Below, one piece after another: positions 1 to 11,959 of a stretch of 64,000 nucleotides of DNA. The notes under the pieces are model-generated. The model made no database searches, was not told the DNA's origin, and saw only the letters and a program-made list of their open reading frames with translations. The stretch comes from Selaginella moellendorffii (taxonomy: Eukaryota; Plantae; Lycopodiophyta), in contig NW_003314263.1 of NCBI RefSeq assembly GCF_000143415.4, positions 1,366,165 to 1,430,164 of the forward strand, in the 5' to 3' direction. Position 1 is the stretch's first letter; each line of letters opens with the position of its first letter. The position numbers were made by a program, and so were the translations under genes.

Positions 1-789
1 GTTGGAAATCCCTCCGTCAGCTATCACAGGAATTCCAAACTTTCGAGCGATGGACGAGGTCTTATACACCGCTGTTGCCTAGAGAAACCAAGATCAATCT
101 CTACACGAGACAAAGCTAGAAAAAACTACCTGTCCTCTTCCAACAGCACAAACTTCTTGAGTTGTGCATATAGAACCCGATCCCATTCCAACTCTGAGAG
201 CGTCGGCACCGGCCTCGATCAGATTCCGGGCTTGCTGCATCGTCACCACATTGCCAGCGATCACGTCCACCTCCGGGAACCATTTTTTCGCGTAGCCAAG
301 CATCTCCCTCTGATAGATCGAGTCCCCCTGCGAGCTATCCAGGATAACCACGTCCACCCCGGCTTCCACGAGGAGCTTGAGCCTCTCCTTGTCGGCTTCC
401 CTCGTCCCTATGGCAGCGCCGACCAAAACACGCCCATCTTTTCCCAGAGATGGCGTGGATCCTACCTCTAAGCTCGCGCTCTTGGCGGCTCTCACCAGGG
501 ATGCTTGCTCCGCTGGCGAGCTGTTGTAATGGATGAAGCCGATGCCGCCGGCGCGCGCCATCGCCACCGCCATGGAGGATTCCGTGACGGTGTCCATCGG
601 GGAGGAGAGGCAGGGCGCCGCGACTCGGATATTTCGCGTGAGCTGCGACGAGAGATCGACGGCGTCGGCCGGGAAATCGATGTAGCGCGGCAGGCAGATG
701 ATGTCGTCGTAGGTGTAGGAGAATCCCTGATTGAACAAGCGCGCGGCGCCATAGCCGTCCTCCTCGCCCGCATTGCCATTGACCTCCAT
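1..789 (-). CDS. IMPDH: Inosine-5'-monophosphate dehydrogenase, 5' part (continues beyond the left edge); CBS/Bateman subdomain absent
   Basis: ATG at 789 (MEVNG...). Motifs [17 protein letters not shown] and catalytic [24 protein letters not shown] intron 79-129, then exon [26 protein letters not shown]. Confidence 0.95.
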
Positions 790-800
790 GGAAGAAAAAC

Positions 801-846
801 TAGGGTTTATGCTATAAACCCTAAAAATTGTCAAGATTTAGGGTTT
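801..846. promoter_or_regulatory. Three telo-box (AAACCCTA/TAGGGTTT) elements; two form a perfect 10-bp hairpin at 801-823
   Basis: TAGGGTTTAT-GCT-ATAAACCCTA at 801-823 and TTAGGGTTT at 838-846, directly upstream of the IMPDH ATG. Telo-boxes are known in plant growth and ribosome-biogenesis gene promoters and 5'UTRs. Confidence 0.6.
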
Positions 847-1241
847 ATCAGGAACTCCCGGCCGACAAGAATCGCGGCAGCGATCAATCCACCAGAGGCT
901 CCAGCGACGCTCGCGGGGCGGATTCCAGCGGCGGATCTGAAAATGGCGCCTGTTCCAGCGGTCGCGGCGATGAAGCTGGCCGGATCGTCCCTTCCCCGCG
1001 CGCAAACCAAGCCATTGTGGAGAGAGGCATAGACGAACCCTACAGTGCCCAGAGAAGCGCCGGCCTTGCGTCCCCTGTGCCCGGCCATGTTGAGAATTTG
1101 ATTGATCCGGAGCTTGAGAGTGTCGCTGGCGTCGCCGAACCGCAAGCAATCCATCACAGCCGTAGCGCCGCCGACAAACGCTCCAGTGAGAAATCCAGCG
1201 CCAGAGAAGAACACGAGATCGTCTAGAAAATCCCTCTCCAT
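831..1241 (-). CDS. TIM23: Mitochondrial inner-membrane translocase Tim17/22/23 family, TIM23-like, intronless, short N-terminus
   Basis: 136-aa ORF with DTLKLRINQILN..GHRGRKAG, RGRDDPASFIAATAGTGAIFRSAAG and GxxxG transmembrane segments, matching the plant TIM23 pattern. Confidence 0.8.
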   Translation of the reverse strand: MERDFLDDLVFFSGAGFLTGAFVGGATAVMDCLRFGDASDTLKLRINQILNMAGHRGRKAGASLGTVGFVYASLHNGLVCARGRDDPASFIAATAGTGAIFRSAAGIRPASVAGASGGLIAAAILVGREFLINPKS

Positions 1242-1262
1242 TGTTCTTTATTTTAGGGTTTA

Positions 1263-3345
1263 ATGAAGGTTTTGGCTATGGCGCGACGAGCGTCGCGTCT
1301 TGGCCTCCGGTTCCCTGGCCGATCACGCGATCTGTGCACTGGTAGCGACGATTTTGGAATGCCTCTGCACGTTTGCGTCGTGGGGAGCGGTCCGGCGGGA
1401 TTCTATGTCGCGAAAAAGGTTTGATCGGTTCTCAAGGTTTGCGCAAGAAAGCGACAATCGCTCGGCATTTTCGCAGCTTCTCAAGCGTTTTGATTTCGCG
1501 AGGGTGGATATATTGGAGCGCTTGCCAGCGCCGTTTGGTCTAGTGCGATCGGGGGTTGCTCCAGACCATCCGGAAACAAAGGTAAAGAGACTTGTCTCGA
1601 GTTTGTGTTGTTCTCAGCTTTGTGTGGCGTGGAACCACAGGTTGTGATCAATCAGTTTTCCCGCACGGCAGAGGACGAAAGATGCCGATTTTTCGGTAAT
1701 GTGTGCCTGGGAACGGATGTTTCTCTGGAAGAACTTCGAAAAAACTATCATGTAGTAGTTCTTGCATATGGAGCTGAGAGCGATCACAGGCTCGGAATTC
1801 CTGGAGAGGTTTGTGTTCTTTCTTTCCTTTTTTTTCTCGTTTTAATTTAACGTTGGAACAGGACTTGGAAGGAGTTTTTTCTGCAAGACAATTTGTCTGG
1901 TGGTATAATGGACACCCAGATGGGAAGGACTTGCCGATCAATCTGAACGATGTGGAAACTGCTGTGGTCCTTGGCCAGGTTTTGATCTTCAAGTTTTCTT
2001 TTGTTTTGCTTTCTAAAGAGAATGCCTGATCGTGTCCAGGGAAACGTAGCCCTTGACGTTGCACGAATCTTACTTCGTTCTCCCAGCGAACTGTCAAGCA
2101 CAGACATTGCCGAGCATGCCGTGAAGGCACTGCGAACGAGCCGCATCAGGTTTCTTTCATCCCTTTTTCTTTGGCTTCGGTGATTAGAACTGTTTGGCAG
2201 GAACGCTTAGAAAAGTATACGTTGTTGGTAGGCGTGGTCCAGTGCAGGCAGCTTGCACGGCCAAGGAGCTGAGAGAAATTCTTGGTTGGTTTTATAGACT
2301 TCTGATATGTATGACGGCTGAAATCTTCCACAGGGTTGAAAGGTGTGGAAATCGTCATCAACGAGGCTGACTTGCAAACAACCGATTGCGACTTGGTACG
2401 TGAACTTACTCTTTCTTTCCGTTTTTTCTGACACATCATGTCTGAAGGAAGAGCTGCAAAGTAGTAGAATACACAAGCGTGTTTTCGATCTGTTTTGCAA
2501 AAGCGCGACATTTACCAAGTGCGCTGGAAGAGATAAGCAGCTGCAATTTGTGTTCTTCAGAGCACCGGTATCATTGTTGGCTGCCGAAGATGGCATCCAT
2601 GTTAGAGGAGTTCATCTCCAGAAAACACGTCTAGAAGGCAAGTAGCTGCAATGTTTCCAGACGCATGCTTAAAACTTTTCTAGCAGGAAGCCATCCGCGA
2701 AAGCTTGTAGGAACTGGAGAGTTCGAGGAGCTGGATTGCGGGTATGCCTGTTACCTTTAAGTTCCATACTGATCACTTAAAATTCGTCAGGCTGGTGCTG
2801 AAAAGCATTGGATACAAGTCTCTACCTGTGCCTGATTTGCCTTTCGACCATAAGAAAGGTTAGAAAAGCGTTTTTTTGTTTACCACTTTTAAAGCGACTG
2901 GTCTGTAACTTTCGCAGGCGTGGTGCCGAATTACTTCGGACGCGTGCGCTCAAGCGATGCTACGAATGAGACTGAGCGTGGGCTGTACGTGGCGGGATGG
3001 CTCAAGCGTGGCCCGACTGGAATCATTGGAACGAACGAAGTTTGCGCACAGGAAGTGGTATGAAAGTTAATTTCTCTCATGGGAAGCTTATGAACTACAT
3101 TCCAGGTGACGAGCATTGAAGAGGACGTGAACAGAGCAGTAGTGAGCAACCTAAAGGAAGTTCCCGGAAGCGTTGGGCTGGAATCCATTCTAAGCGAGAA
3201 AAACAAGCGCTACATAACGTTTGAAGGCTGGGAGAGATTGAACGAGACCGAGATGGAGAAAGGCGCTGTCAAAGGCAAGCCGCGGGAGAAGATCGTTGGC
3301 ATTGACGAAGCACTCGCAATTGGTTTGGCCAAGGAAAAAGAGTAA
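1263..3345 (+). CDS. MFDR: NADPH:adrenodoxin oxidoreductase (mitochondrial ferredoxin reductase), multi-exon
   Basis: ATG at 1263 or 1278 with an Arg-rich transit-like N-terminus. Motifs [64 protein letters not shown]. Stop at 3343-3345. Confidence 0.93.
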
Positions 3346-3466
3346 AATTCCTTCTCAGAACTTCGCTTATTTTGCGATAACCATTCTTTGTTTCTCTTCA
3401 ATACAAGGTCGATTTACAGCATGGAAGATATAATAAGGCATTCCAAAGAAACAAAAAGCTCGTTCT

Positions 3467-4918
3467 CTATGAGAGGCCATTAACGTTACCTTTCCTGTTC
3501 CAGGACAAGTAGGAGGTATCTCCAAGAGGCCTGAAAGGTATGGCGTTAGCAGGAGGAAAAAACTTTCAAGTAAGAAACTTTGAAGTTTGGATGCTTACCT
3601 GGGAGTCTTGTAGTGAATGAGGAAGAAGACGATCGCGAGAAAGATGCAGAGAACACCGACTGTGAGATAAGCAATCCCCAAGAAGTTGTTCTTGCCACCG
3701 AGCCAGCTTGCCGTAGAGAGGACGAGCTTCTTCTTGCCGCCAAACTCGTAAGTGTTATAAACGTTCGTAATGTTTACGCTTATAATCTCTCCGGCCTGGA
3801 GATCTGTCTCGATTTTTCCCCACAGCTTTCGAAACGTTGGTAACGCCGCGGATCTCATCCACACGATCAAGTCCTCGGCCTCGCTTAACTGGTGAGAAAA
3901 GAAACGCACAAAATAAACAACGAGGGCTTAGAGGTGCCTTCAAAGCTAAAAGCTTGTCAAAGTATTCACTCACTGGCTGTGAGACGTTTAGTGCAGCTCC
4001 TCCGATGAACGCGCTGCTGCTCTCGTTCCTGTTTAGATTGTTGGGAAAGTTGGAGGGAAATACCGTGCTCCCAAACTTGTGATCACGGTCACTCTTCCAG
4101 GAGATGCCGCGCTTGTTGACGGGGATTGGCGCACTGTTCTGGCGGCTGAATAAGTAAGTGTCGTTGAAAAGACTCCACGCGATGAGGCCACACGGGATGA
4201 TAGGCGTGTTGTTAAACTGCTTTAGCGGCTTGCAGCTATCCAGATCGCTGTTGGAGGTGCTAGCTCCATCCAAGAGCTGCTTGTCACTTCTACTCTTCAC
4301 ATACCTGGAACGAGCAATTGGATTGGATCATCAAAGAAGAAGAAAAAAAAGTTTGAAACGATACCTTCGGTGGTTTTGATAGTAGTGATCGAGCTGATAG
4401 TACACATAGACGGGGTTGTTCATCTTCTTTGGAACCTGGAAAACGCAGCTTTAACAAAGAACTTGTCAACGACTGGAAGAACTCACAGTGAGTGTCATCG
4501 GACAGGATTTTTCAGTAGTATCGTCCTGGATATATCGTATCCTTGCCTCCTTAGTTGTGATATTAGCAGGAAGACAAGAGGTTTCGTACTGCTCGACGAT
4601 CTCCACGACGCTGTTGGACGCAAGCAACGCAATGGCTCCAATGGGAATAAAAATGGCGCCGACGAGCATCAAAATGGCGATTACCTGCGCGAGAGAAACC
4701 ATCAAACCAAAATCGATCGATCCAGGACAACACATACCCAGCCAGGGGTCAAGAGAGGCTTGCAAGCGGGAAGCTCTTGCTGTGTAAACTTAGAATCTAC
4801 AAAACCCGAAAATCCCGATCTAAGAACTCCAGCAACGAGAAGAAATCCCCTTACATTTCGGCTTGCGTGATGGCTTGGCGGAGGCGCCAGCGGAGCTGCT
4901 CGCCGCATCGTTGCTCAT
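3467..4918 (-). CDS. ALIS: ALA-interacting subunit (CDC50/LEM3 family flippase beta subunit), multi-exon
   Basis: ATG 4918 ([15 protein letters not shown]). Motifs [77 protein letters not shown]. Stop at 3467-3469. Confidence 0.93.
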
Positions 4919-4979
4919 CGCGCGCGCCTCGAATCTATCAGCAGCCGGAGTGGAATGGAATCGCAGCTCGCACAACGCG

Positions 4980-5460
4980 CTGCGAATGCGAAGAACCCTA
5001 AATCACACTATATTCCTCTTGACCGAATAAAAGTAGATTAAAAACGCGGTCTACACGTGGCACGATCGCGGCCGTCGCTGGAGACTGAGCTGCCACGTCA
5101 GCCCTCAATCTGATTTTCTCGTGGTGGGGAACTTAACCGCCAACAGGTGCTTGCGCGCGCCTTTGCATCATCCGCCATATCATCCTCACTTTGCTCCTTT
5201 CTACTCTTCCCTCGCAGCTAGGTTTTCTAGAATTTAGGGCAAGACAGGGAGGGAGAAGCGCGGATTCTCCGATCGATGGCGCAGAGCTGCCGTCGGCTGG
5301 GATTCCCGTGGCGCCAGTGATCCGGTGGTGAAATTTCGGGATCCACATCGCCGAGCGCTCCAGCAGCATTGCCGATCGAGAGCAGGCTATGGTGGGATGC
5401 TAGGGGCCGGGACGCTGCCGCATTTTAGGGTTTTGGAGGAGGCTTAGGGTTTTCTCGCGC
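4980..5460. promoter_or_regulatory. Divergent promoter / 5'UTR region between ALIS and ACA, with G-box/ACGT elements and telo-boxes
   Basis: CACGTGG at ~5054, CCACGTCA at ~5093, AACCCTAA at ~4994, TAGGGTTT at ~5426 and ~5445. Confidence 0.45.
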
Positions 5461-5515
5461 GGGGAAGGGAAGCATGAGGAGAAAGATCGCGCTGAGCTGA
5501 GCTGATGCTCGCAAA

Positions 5516-8500
5516 ATGCTTTTCGATCATGATTCTGCGCAAAACGTGCGAGAAAGAGCTGCGCTCAAGTTGCCCCGACCTTCGGAGTTTATCGGGCCCG
5601 ACGATGAGCGTAAGTGGCTTTCTTTCTGGCCATTCTCATCTAAGTCTCTTTGGTGTTTTTGGTGCTCAGCTCCTCCTCCCATCACTGCGAGAACAGCCGG
5701 TTTTGGCATCACGCCTGCGGAGATTGCCAAATGGGAGGGCAACACGGAGGAGTTGGAGGCATACGATGGTTTTGATGGCATTGCGCGCGCACTGAAGATC
5801 GATCCGCAAAAGGGCATTGATGCCACCCCGGTGGATATCAAAGCCAGGAGAGATGCTTTCGGTCCAAACACATACCCGCTCAAGAAAAGAACGCCATTTT
5901 ATGTAAGCTTGTTCTCTCCTTCGTTTTTCTAGAGCTTGTTCCATTCCAGATGTATGTTTGGGAAGCTTTGCAAGATGAAACGCTGATGATATTGATTTTG
6001 TGCGCCATAGTGTCCTTGGCTGTTGGGCTGACAACCGAGGCAAGTCTTGAAACAAACTAAAGAAATCTAAAGGTTCTGATTCAGTTTTTATTTTTTGGAT
6101 GTAGAAACCCAGCGAAGGGTGGTATGACGGTGGAGGCATTTGTTTTGCTATTGTTGTTTGCGTCATGGTAGCTTGTGAGTTTTTATTTTTGGTTCTGTTG
6201 TGTACTTAAATCTTAAAGAAGATTTCTGTCACTGCAGCTTTAAGTGATTATAATCAAGCCAACCAGTTTCAAAAGCTCAGTGCCGAGAAAAGGAAGATTT
6301 ATATAAATGTGAGTGAGTGACTGGGGGCTCGTCATGTTGCTGAAATTTGCCGTGCGCCTTGTGTAGGTGACAAGGGGTGGTCACAGGACTAAAGTGTCGA
6401 TTTTTGAGCTTGTAGTTGGTGACATGGTTCATCTTGCAATCGGTGACCAGGTTCGTGCAAGCTTACTTTGTGCTGCTGTAGTATTTTTTGCTCGCTTGCA
6501 GATTCCAGCCGATGGACTCGTATATGTTGGGCATTCTTTGATTGTTGACGAATCAAGCATGACTGGCGAAAGTGACCCTGTTAGTATTGCTCTTCGAGCT
6601 AAAATTTCACTCTTTCCATCTGATTCTCGTCTACCAGCTTCCAAAAGATGAAGAGGAAAAACCATTTTTAATGTCAGGCACCAAAGTGCTTGACGGTTTT
6701 GGGACAATGCTGGTGTGTACCTTGAGCTATCATATTTCCGTCATAATCATTTTACCAATCACAGGTCACTGCCGTTGGAATGCGAACTGAATGGGGAAGA
6801 GTTATGGCCACACTCAGTGAAGACAATGACGAGGAAACTCCCCTTCAAGTCCGACTGAACAATTTAGCAACAATAATCGGGAAAGTGGGCTTATCCGTTG
6901 CGGTTGTGTGTTTTATTGTTTGCGTGATACGGTAAGATCCGTTTTTCGAGTGTTTCCGATCGTTTCTCACCGAGTAGCGTGCAGATTTCTATGCCAGACA
7001 AATTTGAAACACTTCAGCTCGGAGGATGGTCGACAAATAGTTGAATACTTTGCTGTTGCAGTAAGTTTTATTGAAATGCATAATACAGATTATCAAGGTA
7101 TAAAATGGCTAATGTTTTTCATAGGACGTTTTCATAGTTATCGACTTTTACAGGTGACGATTGTGGTCGTAGCTGTCCCCGAAGGTCTTCCGCTTGCAGT
7201 CACCTTGACGTGAGCTAACAATTCCATGTTGCTTTTATTTCTTACATTTATTTTTCAGGCTTGCTTATTCTATGAAGAAGATGATGACCGACCGTGCACT
7301 GGTAATGAATTCATGCACTTTTTGTGATCGATTTAGAATTTTTCTTTTGATTCTAGGTCCGACATTTGTCAGCTTGCGAAACTATGGGCTCTGCAACTGC
7401 TATCTGTAGTGACAAAACTGGCACATTGACAATGAATATGGTTTGTTTTCAAGGTTTCCTATATGGATTTTGGCTTTGTTTTCTACAGATGACTGTCATC
7501 AGATCATGGGTGTGTGGCAAATTAAGGGAGCCAACTGATCTTGAGAATATCAGTGAAGGTGTGCGTAAGGTATGGCAACTCTGGTTTGTAGATCTTTCAG
7601 TTTTTACTTCTTTCTGGCAGCTTTTGTTTGAAGCTATTTGCTTAAATACGAATGCAAGCGTTGAAACGCATGAGGTATGTTTATTGTCAATATTCCTGCT
7701 CTCTCACTTAGTTACTGATTTTCTTTTGTAGGGCGCTCCTCCAGAAATAACTGGGACCCCTACGGAAGTGGCTGTTCTTGGATGGGGTGTAAAGGTGCAT
7801 AATCTACTCTCCGACTTACCTTTCTTAACTGCTTTGTTAACAGCTCGGTGCGAATTTCGATCGAGTAAAGAAAAGCGCAACAGTAACAGAAGTTGATGCG
7901 TTCAATTCAACCAAAAAGCGCATGGCGGTGATTGCGAAGGTTAGTTGCGTAGAATAAAAAAAATTGCAGTCTCAATAGTTTCTTTGCAGACAGAAGATGG
8001 AAAAGCATGGATTCATTGGAAAGGTGCTTCAGAAGTTGTATTGGCTCAATGTTCAAACTTCATGGATGAGCAAGGGAATGTCAGCCCTTTGACGCCTGAA
8101 AAGGTTTGTAATGGTGTTGTTTCCAATGCCCCTGTGCTGATCTTATTTCTCCAGTTGCAAGAGCTGCAAGAAATTATCGACACCTTTGCAAATGCCGCCT
8201 TGCGAACGTTGTGTCTGGCGTGTAAGGAGTTTCCTCAGAATGAGTTTCTTGCACGGCCTCCTAAGAAGCATTCGACTATTGGACCTCCAATCCCAGAAGA
8301 TGGCCTGACTTGTATAGCTATCGTTGGAATCAAGGATCCATGCAGACCTGGTGTTCCTGAAGCTGTTCACAAGTGTCAAATTGCTGGCATTAAGGTATGG
8401 TTGTGCATGCATTCCCGGCTTAGGAAAAAACCATATTACAGGTCAGGATGGTAACTGGAGACAACATAACAACTGCCAAAGCCATCGCTGTAGAGTGCGG

Positions 8501-10562
8501 AATTTTGACAAACGGAACTGCGATTGAGGGCAAGGATTTTAGAAACATGTCGCCAGACGAACAATACGAAATTCTTCCGGCGATACAAGTAAGTTGTTGT
8601 GCTCAACGTTCAGTTGACAAAATCCAGAATTTCACCAGGTCATGGCACGGTCATCTCCAACAGATAAGCATACTATGGTCAAGAGATTACTGGAAATGGG
8701 GGAGATTGTAGCAGTGACAGGGGATGGAACCAATGATGCTCCTGCTCTTCATGAGGTACTCTGCTTGGGACACTCACATGTTTGTTTGTTTGAGCTAACA
8801 GGCATTTGCCACTAGGCATCCATTGGGCTTTCAATGGGAATTGCTGGTACAGAAGTTGCAAAAGAAAGCTCGGACATTATTATTATGGACGACGATTTTG
8901 CATCGATAGTGAAGGTAAAGATTGTAAGACTTCCCTTCGTTCTAACTGAAGTCGGCCCTCGTTTGAACAGGTCGTGAGATGGGGGCGCGCTGTTTATGCG
9001 AATATTCAAAAATTCGTGCAGTTCCAGTGCACTGTCAATGCTGTGGCCTTGATGCTAAACTTCATATCGGCGCTGTCCGAGGGTGCAGCTCCTTTGACAG
9101 CCGTTCAAGTGAGTGAGATGCTAGAAATGCCTCATTGTCTGTACTTACCAAAGCTTTATTCCAGCTGCTATGGGTGAACCTGATCATGGACACATTAGGG
9201 GCTCTTGCATTGGCAACTGAACCTCCTAATGACGCAGTCATGTATAGGCCTCCGATTTCAAAAGAGTATGATACCATTTTTGGAACAGAAAATTGTTTTC
9301 GCTGATCTTCGATGTTTTTCTTAGAGCACCGCTGATTAACAATATCATGTGGCGCAATCTTCTAGGTCAGGTATGGTTATATGCTTTTCCTGCAAATCTT
9401 TCTCTGACTTGACTTTACTTCCAGAGCATTTATCAGCTAGGTTTGCTCTTAGTTTTGAAGTTCAAGGGGATTGAAATACTCAACCTGAAGGACGATCCTG
9501 TAATTTCTGGTCACCACATACTTTTTACTCCGTAATTAACGTTTTTTAATTTTTTCTGATAGAATGCACCACCGCCTCCACCACGCAGTGCGCATGCTAA
9601 GCCCGAGGGTGTAGCTCACGAGAAATTGGTTTGTATCATTTTTAACGCCTTCGTTTTTTGCCAGGTAAGAGGCTATTTTCCATCCCTTTTCGTGTTGTTT
9701 CTGACACAGGTTTCGCAGGTTTTTAACGAGATGAACGCTAGGAATCCTGAAAAACTTAACGTTTTCAAGGGTTTTACAAGCAATCGTTTGTTCATGGGTG
9801 TCATTTTGTTTACAGCCATCGTTCAGGTTTGTCTCCTTTTCCTCCATTGCCTTTACTCATGCCTCTTCTTTCAACAGGCGCTGCTCGTTGAGTACGGTGG
9901 AACTATAGTTAGCACAGTTCACCTCGAGTGGAACCATTGGATTTTGTGCATTATTCTAGGTGCCATAAGGTGAGTATCTCCGGGAAGCCAAGGACTCCCT
10001 TCGTGAGACTTTTGCGTTGCTTGCTGCAGTTTGCCGCTGGCAGCCCTTGTCAAGCTAATACCCATCCCCGACAGGCCATTCAGCGAGTACCTCATCTTCT
10101 GGCGGCGAAAGAAGCACAGGAAACAAAAGCTCCTCACGCGCAGTGGAAGTAAGTTGAGTGACCATTCGCTCTTCTCTCTGGGCCTGAGCGTCTTTGGTTT
10201 TTTCTTTCTTCTCGTGAGCAGGATCCATCAAGGGAATTATGTTCAACCGGCCTCCCAGCGCCACCACGGGAGCCCCTCCCGCTCCAAAAAAGTTTTATGA
10301 CACGGCCGGGATCGATGCGCAAGGCGTGCCCGCGGGGCCTCCTCGGCGGCTCTCGGATCTGGCGAGACGGCCTTCGGCGGAGCGGAGGAAAGAGTCGCTT
10401 ACGGGTGCGCTGAGCGCTCCCACGGTGACCACGGCCTCCACCACCGAGGGAGGCGTTTTGACGAAAGTGCTGGGCAGTCCTCCCGAGCCCGGCGCTGCGA
10501 CGGAGCAAGCGCCACTGCGGAGGAACAGTCAGGCATGGGCGGAGGAGGCTCCCACGTCCTGA
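5516..10562 (+). CDS. ACA: P-type IIB Ca2+-transporting ATPase, about 30 exons
   Basis: Motifs [21 protein letters not shown], phosphorylation site [61 protein letters not shown]. An in-frame stop precedes ATG 5516. Last exon ends at TGA 10560-10562. Confidence 0.93.
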
Positions 10563-10907
10563 GTTTCGTGAGTTTGAGCGTATAGACAACTTTGCTGTAC
10601 AGCTTTCTTTTTTTTCTCTTTCTAGTTCCTCACTGTTGTAGTACAGCAATATCCATATGGTTGTTAAAGTAGAAAAAAGAGTAACTTTCAACAAATCTAG
10701 ATTTACACATAAGTAGAATTATTACTAAAGGTTTTTTTTTTTCTCAGTTACATTGAGAATGTTTACATGTCTATCAAGAAATAATTATAACTATTATTAA
10801 CAAAGATAAAAGATATTGTTTAGCTTAAGTAGAGCAATCTTCTTAATTTCTTTTTAATTAGCTTTGCATTATATAAGATTTACATGGTCCTTTATATAAT
10901 AGCAACA

Positions 10908-11903
10908 TTATGTTTTTAAATATTTCTTTATCCACTCATGGTCGAGGACCTTTTCCAGAGTAAACCTCCTTCCGGGATCCAATTCCGTCATGCCTTGGAT
11001 AAGCTGCCTTGCAGAATAGGATGGAATGCCATCCCAATCCATGGAATTGTGATGGAAATTCCTTGTACTTCGATCTCTCTTGCGTGCATTCTTGAATACC
11101 ACCTCCAAATCCATATTTGGGAACGGGCAAGTTGCCGTGAGACAAGTGTAAAGCAGCATCCCTAAGCCCCACACATCGCTGGCTGTGATATAGCGCCCAT
11201 CGAGCATTGTTTCGGGGGACATATAATCCCACGTCCCAACCCCACGCTCGTTCCACGGATCCTCCATCCAGCAAGCCATCCCAAAGTCGGACACCTTTGG
11301 GACATAGAACTTCCCAGGTCGCGGGTACTTCAGCAAAACATTCGCGGGCTTCACATCGCAGTGGATGATCTCGTTGTCATGAACCCTCTTTAGCATCTTG
11401 GCGAGAGCTATGACGATCTTTGCAGATTCTTCCTCATCAAGCTGCCCCTTGTACTTGATCCGGTCTTGAAGGCTGCAATTGCACAGCTCAAGAACAAGGT
11501 GGTACACCTCCCCGTACTGATTGGGCTCTTCTCGTATGATGTGCTCGAAGTGGACGAGCCCCTGCTCATCCAAACCCTTGAGTGACACCTCTAGCATAGC
11601 CATCACTCGAGCTTCAAACAGCCCATCGGGCCCATGGACTGTCTTGATCGCAAACAGCTTCCCATCACTCCTTCGGAATGCCTTGTACACCGTCGCTTGC
11701 CCTCCACCCCCAATCGACTTCTCTAGTCTATATTTCTCTACCAGCGCTGGGTATTCCTCACAAAGCTTTTCATCCAAGACCGAGTGGTATTCCATCCCTT
11801 GCCTAAGTTTTTTATGCACATCACTCTCTAAGTTATATTCGCACTCTCGCTTAACCATCTCGAATGAGCTCTTAGGGCTTGTTTGTAAAGGTGGAATCTT
11901 CAT
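10908..11903 (-). CDS. Intronless Ser/Thr protein kinase, CAMK/CDPK-related kinase domain only, non-RD
   Basis: 331-aa open ORF with GGGGQATV Gly-loop, FAIK, HCDVKPAN, DFG, GTWDYMSPE and SDVWGLG. Confidence 0.88.
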   Translation of the reverse strand: MKIPPLQTSPKSSFEMVKRECEYNLESDVHKKLRQGMEYHSVLDEKLCEEYPALVEKYRLEKSIGGGGQATVYKAFRRSDGKLFAIKTVHGPDGLFEARVMAMLEVSLKGLDEQGLVHFEHIIREEPNQYGEVYHLVLELCNCSLQDRIKYKGQLDEEESAKIVIALAKMLKRVHDNEIIHCDVKPANVLLKYPRPGKFYVPKVSDFGMACWMEDPWNERGVGTWDYMSPETMLDGRYITASDVWGLGMLLYTCLTATCPFPNMDLEVVFKNARKRDRSTRNFHHNSMDWDGIPSYSARQLIQGMTELDPGRRFTLEKVLDHEWIKKYLKT

Positions 11904-11959
11904 TTAAGCACTTTTATTTTTGAAGGTATCATGTTTAAATGATAACATTTAGTGGAATG

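Noticed and set aside
801-1261. Telomeric repeat tract
   Set aside because: Only isolated single units (telo-boxes) near start codons, not tandem arrays.
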